Shown piece after piece: positions 39,139 to 48,479 of a stretch of 64,000 bases of DNA; within the stretch, counting starts at the first letter, position 1; the number at the start of each line of letters is the position of its first letter. This DNA comes from Thermaerobacter marianensis (GTDB taxonomy: Bacteria > Bacillota > Sulfobacillia > DVGY01). Position numbers and translations under genes: made by a program. The stretch lies in contig DYGY01000009.1 of assembly GCA_020724425.1 (NCBI GenBank), forward strand, positions 1,240 through 65,239, given 5' to 3'. The notes under the pieces were generated by a model. The model was not told the origin of the DNA, ran no database searches, and saw only the letters and a program-made list of their open reading frames with translations.

Positions 39139-40235
39139 TGGGTTTTCTTGCTAACCTAAAGGATTATGCAGGCAGACAGTGGTTAGAATACTTGACTAAG
39201 TCAGACCGGGTGCTAAGAAGGTTAGATCATCTAGAGAGGAACCTACCTTGGCAGGAAAATGAGGTGGAGCAGACTAGAGTTGCTGCCATTCAGGCTGAAT
39301 TGGTTTTTGTAAATAGGGTTGAACCCTATGTGGATATTATGTATTTGGCGTGTAAGGAAGCTAAAGAGAAGGGTGCTAAACTTGTTGTATTCCCTGAGGA
39401 CAATGGGACCCATCTCTTGGGGCTCTTACCTGGATTCAATAGGTTGATTAAATCTCTTGATGGGGGCAAGATATCTGTTGGTAAAGAGGAAATATTGATT
39501 GCTGATGTTTTTAGGTATGCAGGTCCCTACACAGAGAGAGTATATCTAACCCTGTTTTCTGAATTAGCAAAAAGGTTTAGGATGTATGTCCATGGGGGTA
39601 GTGTGATTCTACCTAGAACAGATGGTAAGGTGTATAATACTGCTTTTCTTTTTGGACCGGATGGGAAGGTTCTTTTAAGACAGGATAAGCTGCATCTGAT
39701 GCCAATGGAGGTGGAATGGGGCTTAACTCCTGGAAGTATTGTTGAGGTTGTTGATACTGAGTTAGGTAGGATAGGTATGCCTGTCTGTATGGATGCCACA
39801 TACTTTGAGACTTTTAGGATTCTTTCTAATATGGGGGCAGAAATAATTCTTTTGCCAACTGCCAATCCTGAGGAATATAATCGGTTTAAGGCTTTACGGG
39901 GAATCTGGCCAAGGGTGCAGGAAACACCTGTATATGGAATAAGGAGCAGTATGGTTGGCTCTTTGGCAGGTTTTAAGCTTACAGGAAAGGCAGGCATTTT
40001 TGCTCCTAGAGAACTAACAGAGAAAAGAGATGGGATTTTGGCTGAGTTTGCCAATCCAGAAGGGGTTGGCTTAGTATTTGCAGATCTGGATATGCCGGGT
40101 TTAAGAGCCTACAGGGAAAGAACTAGAACAGAACAGGTAGATGCCCAAAGGATATATTCCAGATATTTGCCTAGAATTTATAAGGTAGGTGCAGAGGATG
40201 CGGAAGATACTGACAGTACCAGAAGAGATCACTGA
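39129..40235 (+). CDS. Carbon-nitrogen hydrolase family protein (nitrilase/amidase-type)
   Basis: E-K-C triad context: LVVFPED, RQDKLHLMP, GMPVCMDATYFE. Confidence 0.7.
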   Translation: MALMGFLANLKDYAGRQWLEYLTKSDRVLRRLDHLERNLPWQENEVEQTRVAAIQAELVFVNRVEPYVDIMYLACKEAKEKGAKLVVFPEDNGTHLLGLLPGFNRLIKSLDGGKISVGKEEILIADVFRYAGPYTERVYLTLFSELAKRFRMYVHGGSVILPRTDGKVYNTAFLFGPDGKVLLRQDKLHLMPMEVEWGLTPGSIVEVVDTELGRIGMPVCMDATYFETFRILSNMGAEIILLPTANPEEYNRFKALRGIWPRVQETPVYGIRSSMVGSLAGFKLTGKAGIFAPRELTEKRDGILAEFANPEGVGLVFADLDMPGLRAYRERTRTEQVDAQRIYSRYLPRIYKVGAEDAEDTDSTRRDH

Positions 40236-42066
40236 TCCAGGCAGGAGTTATCTAACAGGTAATGAATATGTGTCTCTTCCAGTAGTTAATGTTGATGGTA
40301 GTCTTGATCGGCTTAATGTCTTAAGTATGAGGAAGACAGGGTTATTAGAGATTATCGGGCAGTATGACAGACCATTAATGAAGCCTTTTGTAATGGTGGC
40401 TGAAAAGGATCTAATGGATACTGAGCTGCAATGGCAGAGGAGATATTCCTGGTTACCTGAGTTTGTTTCTAAAAGTGTTGAGGGACTAACTGTGAGAGGC
40501 ACTATTTTTGCTCCTCTTGGAGAAAAGGGTTTTGTCTATCATTTAGAGGTGGCCAATGAGGGTGAGGCTAGGGAGATAGAGATTGGTTTAAGGGGTTCCT
40601 GGGGAGGGCTCTTGCAAACTGTCTATACTGAAAGATATTTACCCTTTACAAGAACTATTGAGTTTAACAAATGGTCTGAAGGGCTTGTTTTTGAGGCATT
40701 GGGTTCTTCAGCCCTAATTGGCATGGCTATTGGTTCTTCTGTACCTACAGAGACTATCTGGGCTGGGTACCCTGACAAAGTAATTTTGCCACCTGAGTCC
40801 TTGCCACGGGGTATTCCCTTTACCACCACCCATAGAGCTAGGTTGGGTAAAGGAGAGACTAAAGAGGTTTCCTTCTTTGTAGCTGTTAACCGGGAAAAGG
40901 ATGGTGCTAGAACTACGGTTGTCCATCTAAAAAGACGGGGAGCCAAGAAAATGCTAGAGGAAACCCAAAAGTGGTTGGCTGCTAGATATCGTAAGGATGA
41001 GTCCTTAGCTTTAACAGAGAAGCTTAATCTCAATCTCTTCTTCAACTACTTCTATGCACAGGGACTAACTATTGATACTGAAGAGCTGGTGCTTGTAACT
41101 TCAAGGTCTCCTAGGTATTATGTTAGTGCTGCTTTCTGGGCTAGAGATGCTTTGCTATGGAGCCTACCCGGCATTATTCTTATCGATGCCAATCAGGGCA
41201 GGAAGGTTTTAGAGACAGCCTATACAACCTATGGCAAAAATCTAGGTATTCATAGTTTGTATATTGATGGTACGGTACTTTATCCCGGTTATGAACAGGA
41301 TGAGCTTGTAGCCTATATTGTTGCTGTTGATACCTACCTTAAGGAGACTAAAGACTACTCTATCCTAAATGAAGAGTGGTTTGAAAAAGGGATAAGGGAT
41401 ATTCTAACTATTTTAGCTGAAAAGAGAGATACAGATACCGGTCTTTATGAGACTTTCCTCTGTCCCTCAGATGATCCGGCAACCTATCCTTATCTAACCT
41501 ATGATAATGTTTTGACCTGGAAGGCCTTAAAGGTTCTTTCTGAGATCTATCGTTATACCGGGTCATATAAGGATGCGGAACTAAAAGAGGAAGAAGCTAG
41601 AGAACTTAAGGAAAGTATTTCAAAGTATTGTGTGGTTGATGGCCCTAAGGGAAAGATGTTTGCCTGGTCTGTTGATGGGAAAGGGAATTATGAGCTTTAT
41701 GATGAGCCTCCGGGAAGTCTTGAACTTCTAACCTATTATGGTTTTCTTGATAGCAATGAGCCCTTGTATATTAATACGATGGCCTGGCTATATTCGGAAG
41801 CCAACCCATACTATTATGAAGGCAGGTTTAGTGGTTTAGGGTGTCAGCATGCAGAACATCCCTTTGTGATGAATGTCTTTAATAGGTTGCTTCAAGGAAG
41901 GGATGAGGCAACAATTGAGCTTTTAGAGTCTGCTAGATGGGATAATGGTCTGGCTTGTGAAAGCTTTTCTAAGGATACCGGGGTTGTAAAGACGGGGGCT
42001 GCTTTTGCCACCTGTGCTGGTATGCTAGGTTATGCCATGGTGTATTCTCGGAGGGAAAAACAATGA
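40189..42066 (+). CDS. Hypothetical protein, possible (alpha/alpha)6-barrel glycoside-hydrolase-like enzyme
   Basis: 625 aa. Aromatic/acidic-rich motifs (FWARDALLWSL, TYDNVLTWKAL) are reminiscent of six-hairpin glycosidases. No firm family call. Confidence 0.3.
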   Translation: MQRMRKILTVPEEITDPGRSYLTGNEYVSLPVVNVDGSLDRLNVLSMRKTGLLEIIGQYDRPLMKPFVMVAEKDLMDTELQWQRRYSWLPEFVSKSVEGLTVRGTIFAPLGEKGFVYHLEVANEGEAREIEIGLRGSWGGLLQTVYTERYLPFTRTIEFNKWSEGLVFEALGSSALIGMAIGSSVPTETIWAGYPDKVILPPESLPRGIPFTTTHRARLGKGETKEVSFFVAVNREKDGARTTVVHLKRRGAKKMLEETQKWLAARYRKDESLALTEKLNLNLFFNYFYAQGLTIDTEELVLVTSRSPRYYVSAAFWARDALLWSLPGIILIDANQGRKVLETAYTTYGKNLGIHSLYIDGTVLYPGYEQDELVAYIVAVDTYLKETKDYSILNEEWFEKGIRDILTILAEKRDTDTGLYETFLCPSDDPATYPYLTYDNVLTWKALKVLSEIYRYTGSYKDAELKEEEARELKESISKYCVVDGPKGKMFAWSVDGKGNYELYDEPPGSLELLTYYGFLDSNEPLYINTMAWLYSEANPYYYEGRFSGLGCQHAEHPFVMNVFNRLLQGRDEATIELLESARWDNGLACESFSKDTGVVKTGAAFATCAGMLGYAMVYSRREKQ

Positions 42067-42965
42067 AGGTCTTTATCTATCATCCTCGGATAAGAGAGGA
42101 GTATGTTAGGATTTTTGATGAACTAAGGCCTGATATACCCTTAAGTGATGATCCCAAAGAGGCTGATGTAATTTTTGGCTGGAAGGTACCAGGAGAGTAT
42201 CTTCATCCCAATCTTAAGTGGTATCAATCCATGGGAGCAGGGGTTGATGATGTAATTCCCTATCTTAAAGATAGAGACATATTGCTAACTCGGGTTGAGG
42301 ATCTTTTTGCAGAGAAAATGGCTGAGTATGTCTTGGCATACATGTTAGCTTTAAGTCAGGATGTAAAATCTATCTTTAAGCAACAGGAAGAGAAAGAATG
42401 GCTACCTTTTACACCGGGATTGCTTGCTAGTCAGAGTGTACTAATTTTAGGTGTTGGTTCTATCGGGAAAAGAATTGGCTTTCTACTTAATCAGGTAGGA
42501 ATGACTGTTTATGGCTTGGCCCGTAAGACAACAGCTGCTGAAGGTTTTAAGTATATATATTCTTCTAAAGAAGATCTTGTTAATGTTTATGGCAAAATTG
42601 ATTTTGTGGTTAATGTTATGCCTTTAACTGAGGCAACTAGAGACTTTCTTTCAGGTACTGAGTTTGACCTGATGGTTAAAAACCCATATCTAATTAATAT
42701 TGGTAGGGCACATACCCTAGTTGAAGAAGATACCTATCAGGCATTAAAGAGTGGGCAGTTAAAAGGAGCTATCCTCGATGTTTTCTGGGAAGAACCCTTA
42801 CCTTTGGATAGTTCCTGGTGGCAACTAGGAAATGTCATAGTCACCCCTCATCTTTCCGGACCGAGTGTTCCTAAAGAGGTGGCTCAGTTTTTCTTTGCTA
42901 ATTATGATTGCTTTATTAAGAAACAGGATTTAAAGGGACTGGTAGATTTTACTGCTGGATACTAA
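42063..42965 (+). CDS. D-isomer-specific 2-hydroxyacid dehydrogenase family (NAD(P)-binding)
   Basis: Rossmann fold GVGSIGKRIG. Catalytic region GRAHTLVEEDTYQALKSGQLKGAILDVFWEEP (R/E/H context). Confidence 0.8.
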   Translation: MKVFIYHPRIREEYVRIFDELRPDIPLSDDPKEADVIFGWKVPGEYLHPNLKWYQSMGAGVDDVIPYLKDRDILLTRVEDLFAEKMAEYVLAYMLALSQDVKSIFKQQEEKEWLPFTPGLLASQSVLILGVGSIGKRIGFLLNQVGMTVYGLARKTTAAEGFKYIYSSKEDLVNVYGKIDFVVNVMPLTEATRDFLSGTEFDLMVKNPYLINIGRAHTLVEEDTYQALKSGQLKGAILDVFWEEPLPLDSSWWQLGNVIVTPHLSGPSVPKEVAQFFFANYDCFIKKQDLKGLVDFTAGY

Positions 42966-43016
42966 CCTCGAATTAGAGTTTTTCCTATCGGGGAAACTCT
43001 AGACGAGGTGATTTGA

Positions 43017-43418
43017 ATGTATCGTTGGCTGGTTATTGCTCTTTTGCCTTTGCTTTTAACTGGTTGCAATTTTGGTAGTCCTGCTAAACAACCCGAACCC
43101 TCTGATGCTCAGATTAAGATGGCAGTGGAGGAGAAACTGAAGACAGAAGAAATGAGGGCTCTGATTAGAGAGACTATTAGGGAACAGCAGGCTGAACTGA
43201 CTGCTCAGGAGATTGTCGTTTCCACTGAGGGTCAGAAGGTTATGCAGGAAGAGATGAAAAAGCTAATGGAGGCTCCTGAGGTACAAAAAGCTTTAGAGGA
43301 TGCTGTTAAGAAAGCCATGGAGAGTCCACAAGTACAGAAGACTATGGAAGAAGGAGTCTTAAAGTCTCTTCAGCAAATATTGCAAAAAGCAGGGCAGGGT
43401 GGCCAAGAACAGCAGTAA
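43017..43418 (+). CDS. Lipoprotein with E/K/Q-rich repeats (hypothetical)
   Basis: Lipobox LLTGC. Repeated PEVQKALEDAVKKAMESPQVQKTMEEGV units. Confidence 0.5.
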   Translation: MYRWLVIALLPLLLTGCNFGSPAKQPEPSDAQIKMAVEEKLKTEEMRALIRETIREQQAELTAQEIVVSTEGQKVMQEEMKKLMEAPEVQKALEDAVKKAMESPQVQKTMEEGVLKSLQQILQKAGQGGQEQQ

Positions 43419-43456
43419 ATGGTGCCCAGTTCTCTAGATACCATGATATAATATAG

Positions 43457-44308
43457 GTGGATAGAGAAATAGGGGGTGGAGTCGTGGTCTATATCTACGC
43501 AACCATAATTGTTTTCCTCCTCTTTTTGGTCTTGGCTGCTGAACATGTATTAAATCGTTATGTTCATACAAGAAACAGCAAGAGGGTCCTTTTTGCTGAA
43601 ACAGGCCTAGGAATTATCTTAGGTGTACTTTTGTCTGTATATTTTTGGCCAGAAGGGCCTTTTTATGCAGTTGTTTTGACAGCCATGGGGCTGTCTTTTG
43701 CCATTGTGGTTCTTCTGACTTTGGCAACTGTAGAGTTCTGGAGAACTCGCAAACAAAAGGCATATGATCAGGAAATTAGGGGTTTGAGGAAAGAATTGGA
43801 TGATTGCCGGGCAGATCTTGAAAAGTTCTCTTTTAAGATAAGGGAGTTAGAGAACAAGAAAAGCCTTATTGAACGGAGAAACCAGGAAGAACTAGCCAAG
43901 CAATCAAGCCTGTTAGATCAGGTGGAAGGTTGGAAACAGGGAGAAGGATTGGCAAGGGTTCGTTCTGTCAAGGTTGAAGACTGGCAAAATGAACTAAAGA
44001 TTCTCAGTCTGGAAGCATTAGAGGAAAGAGAAAAGGAAGTTAACAGGCTGCTAGTTGAAGCTACAGAGCTTGCTGATTCAGAAAGACATCAGCAACTAGT
44101 TACTCAACTTAACCTTATCCGTTTAGAAGTTATTAAGCGTAAGCTTGATGAACCAAATAGACAGATTAGGGAACTACAAAAAGAGATCTTTGAAGTGAGT
44201 AGTAAGCTAGAGTGGAAACATAAAGAACTCAAAGTCATAGAAGAGAATCTGCAGCACTGGAAAGAACTTAAAAAACAGTTCTTAAGAGAAAGGGTCCGCC
44301 TCGATTAG
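43457..44308 (+). CDS. Membrane-anchored coiled-coil protein (hypothetical)
   Basis: Three N-terminal TM segments, then a long heptad-like E/K/L-rich region. Confidence 0.45.
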   Translation: MDREIGGGVVVYIYATIIVFLLFLVLAAEHVLNRYVHTRNSKRVLFAETGLGIILGVLLSVYFWPEGPFYAVVLTAMGLSFAIVVLLTLATVEFWRTRKQKAYDQEIRGLRKELDDCRADLEKFSFKIRELENKKSLIERRNQEELAKQSSLLDQVEGWKQGEGLARVRSVKVEDWQNELKILSLEALEEREKEVNRLLVEATELADSERHQQLVTQLNLIRLEVIKRKLDEPNRQIRELQKEIFEVSSKLEWKHKELKVIEENLQHWKELKKQFLRERVRLD

Positions 44309-44324
44309 AAAGGGGGTTCCTGAG

Positions 44325-44750
44325 GTGAGTCATATAAGTACCTATGAAGCCGATATCGCATTGCCTATAGAAGAAGGAGAAGAACTTGAAGACTCTTTAG
44401 GCTTTCAGTTGTTAAGACAGGCAATGGAAGTAATGGCAGAGGAACATAACGGTTTTCTAAGCAAAGAGATTACCGACTATTTTGGTGAAAAGAGCAGGGT
44501 AGATCTAGCACTTATCACTAAGAAGTTTCCTGTGGGTCTTGGCGTAAATGTGGATAGAAAAACCGGTACCTTAAAGTTCCTTTATGATGATTATGGTTAT
44601 GATGCAAAACTGATAGAGGAACTAAAGAATCAGATTAAGCAGAACTATACCTCTTTGGCTGTGGCTCAGGCCCTAAAGGACTTAAACTACAGGGTTGAGC
44701 TTGAGGAGAACAATGCTGAAAAGAAGGTAGTTATCCGCGGCTATATATAA
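44325..44750 (+). CDS. DUF1257 (Ycf35-like) family protein
   Basis: MSHIS... N-terminus and a C-terminal AVAQALKDLNYRVELEE...KKVVIRGY pattern, as I recall for Ycf35/DUF1257. GTG start after GGGGG. Confidence 0.5.
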   Translation: MSHISTYEADIALPIEEGEELEDSLGFQLLRQAMEVMAEEHNGFLSKEITDYFGEKSRVDLALITKKFPVGLGVNVDRKTGTLKFLYDDYGYDAKLIEELKNQIKQNYTSLAVAQALKDLNYRVELEENNAEKKVVIRGYI

Positions 44751-44763
44751 GGAGCTGAGGAGA

Positions 44764-44997
44764 ATGTCAGATCAAAAAATTGAGATAGTGGTAAACAAAG
44801 AGGGGAAGCTTGAGGTTGAGTTTACTGGTTTCCCCGGTGAACTCTGTTATGCTGAAGCAGAGAGATTAGAAAAGATTTTAAAAAAGTTTGGTGTGTCAGT
44901 TAAAGCAACTGAACTTATTGCCAAGTCACCAGAACAGATAGCTTGTGAACTCGGTCTTGCGGAAAAAGAGGAGGGGATTCGCCCTGAAAGAGATTAA
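44764..44997 (+). CDS. DUF2997-like small protein
   Basis: 77 aa. KIEIVVNKEGKLEVEFTGFPGELC fits the (I/L)EFxIHPDG(R/K)VExxVxGxxGxxC pattern of DUF2997. Confidence 0.45.
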   Translation: MSDQKIEIVVNKEGKLEVEFTGFPGELCYAEAERLEKILKKFGVSVKATELIAKSPEQIACELGLAEKEEGIRPERD

Positions 44998-45133
44998 ACT
45001 AGAGATTGGCATTCATCCTGACGGGGTAGAGATCTATGAGCATGGTGATGAGGAACTGACAGAGGAGTTTTTGGCTAAGTTAAGAGAGTATGGTATTAAG
45101 ACAGAGAAAATCTTTGCTTCTCCCTGTGGTTAG
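44945..45133 (+). CDS. Possible second DUF2997-like small ORF (overlapping, alternative frame)
   Basis: KLEIGIHPDGVEIYEHGDEELTEEF also fits the DUF2997 pattern. Strong RBS AAAGAGGAGGGG at 44965 but no canonical start close after it; the ATG at 44945 lacks an RBS. Confidence 0.25.
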   Translation: MNSVLRKKRRGFALKEIKLEIGIHPDGVEIYEHGDEELTEEFLAKLREYGIKTEKIFASPCG

Positions 45134-45135
45134 AG

Positions 45136-46803
45136 GTGATATATTTGCATGAATATCTTGATGATAACTGGTTAAGGGCAGGAGCCCTTAAAAGAAAAAG
45201 CAACTATTCACCAGTCATTATCTTTGAAACGACAGACCCTAAACGCCTTGAACAGATGAAGAGGTTTGTTCGTTCCCATGAGGAGTTTACAAACTATGAA
45301 CATGTTTTTGTTTATGATCAATGGCAGGGTCTTTTGAAGTTGAATGATAAGGGGACATGGGATGTATATAAAAAGCCTGCCGGCAATTCCTCTTTAAGCA
45401 GAAGGGTTAGTGGTCAGGAAGGTATTGAGCTTGCCAATATGAGATCGTCCTTAAGGGAAGTGGATGGATTCTTTAAGCAGGGTAAAACCCTGTTTATTCT
45501 TCAAAACCTTTCTGAAAGCAGAGAGTGGGAGTCGGGTCTGCAATCAGCGTTAAGATCCTGGGCTGTGGACCTAGACGTTATCTCCAAGGGTTCAACTATC
45601 TTTGTTCAAACTGCTGATGCTAGCAGCATTGTGGACAAGTTTACAAAGGAATTGGTAGTTATAATTACGGTTGATCCTGCTTCAGAAGATGAACGGAAGG
45701 GTATCTTAGAGAGTGTTGCTAAAGAGCTGGAGGTTAAGCTAACTAGGAATGTTATCTCTGAGCTGGTGGTTTCCACAGCGGGTTTGAATCTCCATCAGTT
45801 AGAGAGTATTCTCTTAGAGTCCTTTTATACAAGGGGTGCTTTTGAGCTAGGTGAGATTAAAAAGCTTAAAGCTGATCTTGTCAAGAAGTCGGGAGTCTTA
45901 GAGGTTAAAGACCCTATCTTTGGTTTTGATGATATCGGGGGTTATGGGGCTAGCAAGCAATTTGTAAAGAGATACATTGTTAATGTCTTAGAAGAGTCTG
46001 ACCGGGCTATGCAGTTCTCTTTATCCTTGCCAAAGGGTGTTCTTCTTTTTGGACCTCCGGGTACCGGGAAGAGTCTTTTTGCTCATGCTTTGGCTAAGGA
46101 AGTGAAGTTGCCGTTTATCACACTTTTGACTGAGAATGTATATTCCAAGTGGTTTGGTGAGTCTGGGCAGAATATGTCTCAGGCTATCAAGATGGCAGAG
46201 AAGATGTCTCCAGCCATTGTCTATGTTGATGAAATAGATCGTTTCGGTAGGAGAGGGCAAGGTTTTGGTGATTCGGCAGGGGAAGAGTCTAGAAGGGTTT
46301 TTTCCCAATTTTTAGAGTGGTTGGGGAAGCCGGATCGGGAGGCTATCATTGTTGGTACAACCAATGTTCCTGAACATCTAGATGAAGCCTTTATTCGGAC
46401 AGGGAGATTTGATTACAAGATTCCTTTCCTTTATCCTGGGGATCGGGCTAGGTTAGAGATTCTGTTAGTTCATTTAGGTTTGAAGCCGGGTGTAAGGAAA
46501 AAAGCTGTACCCTTAGGGACATCAGAGGAGTCTTTTCTAGACTTTCTGTATGATGAGATTGTTCCTGCTACCCAGTACTTTTCAGGAGCGGAAATTGAGG
46601 AGCTTGTTACCCGGGCTAAGAGAATCGCCTTTACCCTTAAGGCAAACACTTTAGAACCCCAGCATCTGCAAAAGGCAGCAGATACCTTTAGGATAAATCG
46701 TAAGGAACGGGAGAGATCTGTTTCTTTGTATATAAAGCAGGCTCAGGAATATACTGATGATCAGATGTTTCTTGATGAATGGATTAAGGAAATGGGTCTA
46801 TGA
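45136..46803 (+). CDS. AAA+ ATPase (classical clade, single AAA module) with about 270-aa N-terminal domain of unknown function
   Basis: Walker A LLFGPPGTGKS, Walker B VYVDEIDRF, SRH/arginine region TTNVPEHLDEAFIRTGRFDYKI. Confidence 0.85.
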   Translation: MIYLHEYLDDNWLRAGALKRKSNYSPVIIFETTDPKRLEQMKRFVRSHEEFTNYEHVFVYDQWQGLLKLNDKGTWDVYKKPAGNSSLSRRVSGQEGIELANMRSSLREVDGFFKQGKTLFILQNLSESREWESGLQSALRSWAVDLDVISKGSTIFVQTADASSIVDKFTKELVVIITVDPASEDERKGILESVAKELEVKLTRNVISELVVSTAGLNLHQLESILLESFYTRGAFELGEIKKLKADLVKKSGVLEVKDPIFGFDDIGGYGASKQFVKRYIVNVLEESDRAMQFSLSLPKGVLLFGPPGTGKSLFAHALAKEVKLPFITLLTENVYSKWFGESGQNMSQAIKMAEKMSPAIVYVDEIDRFGRRGQGFGDSAGEESRRVFSQFLEWLGKPDREAIIVGTTNVPEHLDEAFIRTGRFDYKIPFLYPGDRARLEILLVHLGLKPGVRKKAVPLGTSEESFLDFLYDEIVPATQYFSGAEIEELVTRAKRIAFTLKANTLEPQHLQKAADTFRINRKERERSVSLYIKQAQEYTDDQMFLDEWIKEMGL

Positions 46804-46805
46804 GG

Positions 46806-46838
46806 TACAGCCGGTCTAAGACCGGCTGTCTGGCAGGT
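46806..46838. terminator. Bidirectional terminator (ACAGCCGGTCTTAGACCGGCTGT)
   Basis: Perfect hairpin between the convergent AAA ATPase gene and the SASP gene. Confidence 0.65.
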
Positions 46839-46861
46839 TAAGGAGGAAGGTGAGGTTTCAC

Positions 46862-47056
46862 CTACCTACGGCCATAAGGGTTAGTTTGACTAGCCATCTG
46901 TTGTTGTGCCATCGCTACTGCAAGTTTGGTTAAACTACCACAAGCGGCTGAAGGTACAGAGCCCCACCCATCGCGACGAACCTGCTCAGCTACCCCCATT
47001 TGTGCCGCCAATTCAGCCTTTAATTCTTCGGACATAATTCCTCTACGTCTAGGCAT
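46862..47056 (-). CDS. Alpha/beta-type small acid-soluble spore protein (SASP)
   Basis: 64 aa. ELAAQMGV...GSLTKLAVAMAQQQ matches the two conserved SASP blocks (EIA.E.GV, GGEITKRLV..AEQQ). Confidence 0.8.
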   Translation of the reverse strand: MPRRRGIMSEELKAELAAQMGVAEQVRRDGWGSVPSAACGSLTKLAVAMAQQQMASQTNPYGRR

Positions 47057-47122
47057 ATTAGTTAAACCTCCTTGCTCTTAGCATATACCCTTGATGGAAA
47101 AAATATATATGCCAAGTATTTG

Positions 47123-48469
47123 CTAATGAGGCACTCTATAGTTTTTAATTATCTCATTGTATCTAGATACTTCCTTTTGCCAGGTTGTTTCATCAAAGCC
47201 TAGTTCTTTTTGAAAGATTGCTTTGAATTGTTGAATATCAGTGTCTAGAGATACTAACCCTATCCTTGTTCTTCGTAAAAGAAAGTCATCGAGATGGACT
47301 ACATGGGTATCTTTAAGGCTGTCTTTTGCAATAAGGGTGAAACCTTGCTGTTTTTTGATATCTCTTAGGTTTAGTTCTCCTGAAAGTCTTTTTAATGCTT
47401 GATAAGCCACTAACCTAAAGGTTGTTAACTTACCACCGGTAATATGAAGAACCCTGTTATCTTTTTCAAAGAATACCTCCCTTGATTCCTCTGAAGGGTT
47501 CTTTTTCCCTGTTCCTACCACTCCTCTGATACCGGCAAAGGTGGAGAGGATATCCTCATCACTTACCTGTAGAGAAGGAAAGATGTGGGCTAGGGCTGAG
47601 AGAAGATACTCCTTTTCTGCTAGCGAGATAGATGGTTCCAGATTAAGATTATGGTGGTGGTCCACATCTGTTGTGCCTAGAAGGGTTGTTCCCTGCCAGG
47701 GGAAGATGTATAGGGGTCTATGGTCTTGTGGATGCAGAAAACTAACTGCTTCTTTGATGGGAACCTTCTCATGTTTAAGGATTAAGTGGCTGCCTCTTAG
47801 TGGTCTGATTAGTGGTTCTTCTTTTCTTAGTTTGTCTACCCAGGCTCCGGTAGCATTAATGATAGCTTTTGCCTTTAGGGTGTATATCTCTTCAGTTTCT
47901 TCATCTCTAAAGGTGATATGACCATTAGAGATTTCTAAGACTTTAGCGTAGTTTAGCAGTGTTGCTCCGTTAGCTTCTGCTGTTAGAAGAATACTTAAGA
48001 CTAGTTTTGCATCATCGGTTTTGGCATCATGAAAAAGATAGCCACTAGATTCCTCTAGTTCAGGCATGATCTCCTTAAGGTTTTTTTGATATTTGTGGTC
48101 TTGATGTTTAGCAAGGAAATCATAGATAGTTAGACCTAGACCATAAAGGAAACGGTCAGAGGTATTGTGACAGGGCAGGATAAATCTTAGGGGCTCCACT
48201 AGGTCTTTAGCATCTCTTAATAGTTCTTCTCTTTCTTGGACTGATTGTTTGGTAAGGGAGATATGGCCTTGTTTAAGGTATCTAAGACCTCCATGGACCA
48301 GTTTGCCTGAACGACTAGAGGTACCCCAGGCGAAATCCCTTTGTTCAAGAAGTATGGTTTTAAGTCCAATTTGGGTAGCCAGAAGGGCTACTCCAGCACC
48401 GGTTATACCGCCACCAATAATGATGAGATCAAAGTCTTGTTTTAGCTTTTCAAGGCTATCTGCCCGCAT
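47123..48469 (-). CDS. FAD-dependent glycerol-3-phosphate dehydrogenase/oxidase (GlpA/GlpD family)
   Basis: DLIIIGGGITGAGVA dinucleotide fold and SSRSGKLVHGGLRYL, as in GlpA/GlpD. Confidence 0.75.
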   Translation of the reverse strand: MRADSLEKLKQDFDLIIIGGGITGAGVALLATQIGLKTILLEQRDFAWGTSSRSGKLVHGGLRYLKQGHISLTKQSVQEREELLRDAKDLVEPLRFILPCHNTSDRFLYGLGLTIYDFLAKHQDHKYQKNLKEIMPELEESSGYLFHDAKTDDAKLVLSILLTAEANGATLLNYAKVLEISNGHITFRDEETEEIYTLKAKAIINATGAWVDKLRKEEPLIRPLRGSHLILKHEKVPIKEAVSFLHPQDHRPLYIFPWQGTTLLGTTDVDHHHNLNLEPSISLAEKEYLLSALAHIFPSLQVSDEDILSTFAGIRGVVGTGKKNPSEESREVFFEKDNRVLHITGGKLTTFRLVAYQALKRLSGELNLRDIKKQQGFTLIAKDSLKDTHVVHLDDFLLRRTRIGLVSLDTDIQQFKAIFQKELGFDETTWQKEVSRYNEIIKNYRVPH

Positions 48470-48479
48470 AAGCTACCTC

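Noticed and set aside
42966-43016. Hairpin AGAGTTT...AAACTCT between the dehydrogenase and lipoprotein genes
   Set aside because: There is no T-tract. It is more likely part of the 5' UTR or RBS context than a terminator.
47057-47122. Possible sigma-G promoter upstream of the SASP gene (GCATA ... GGTATAT)
   Set aside because: The -35-like GCATA is present, but the -10 does not match CATxxTA at the correct spacing. Too weak to call.
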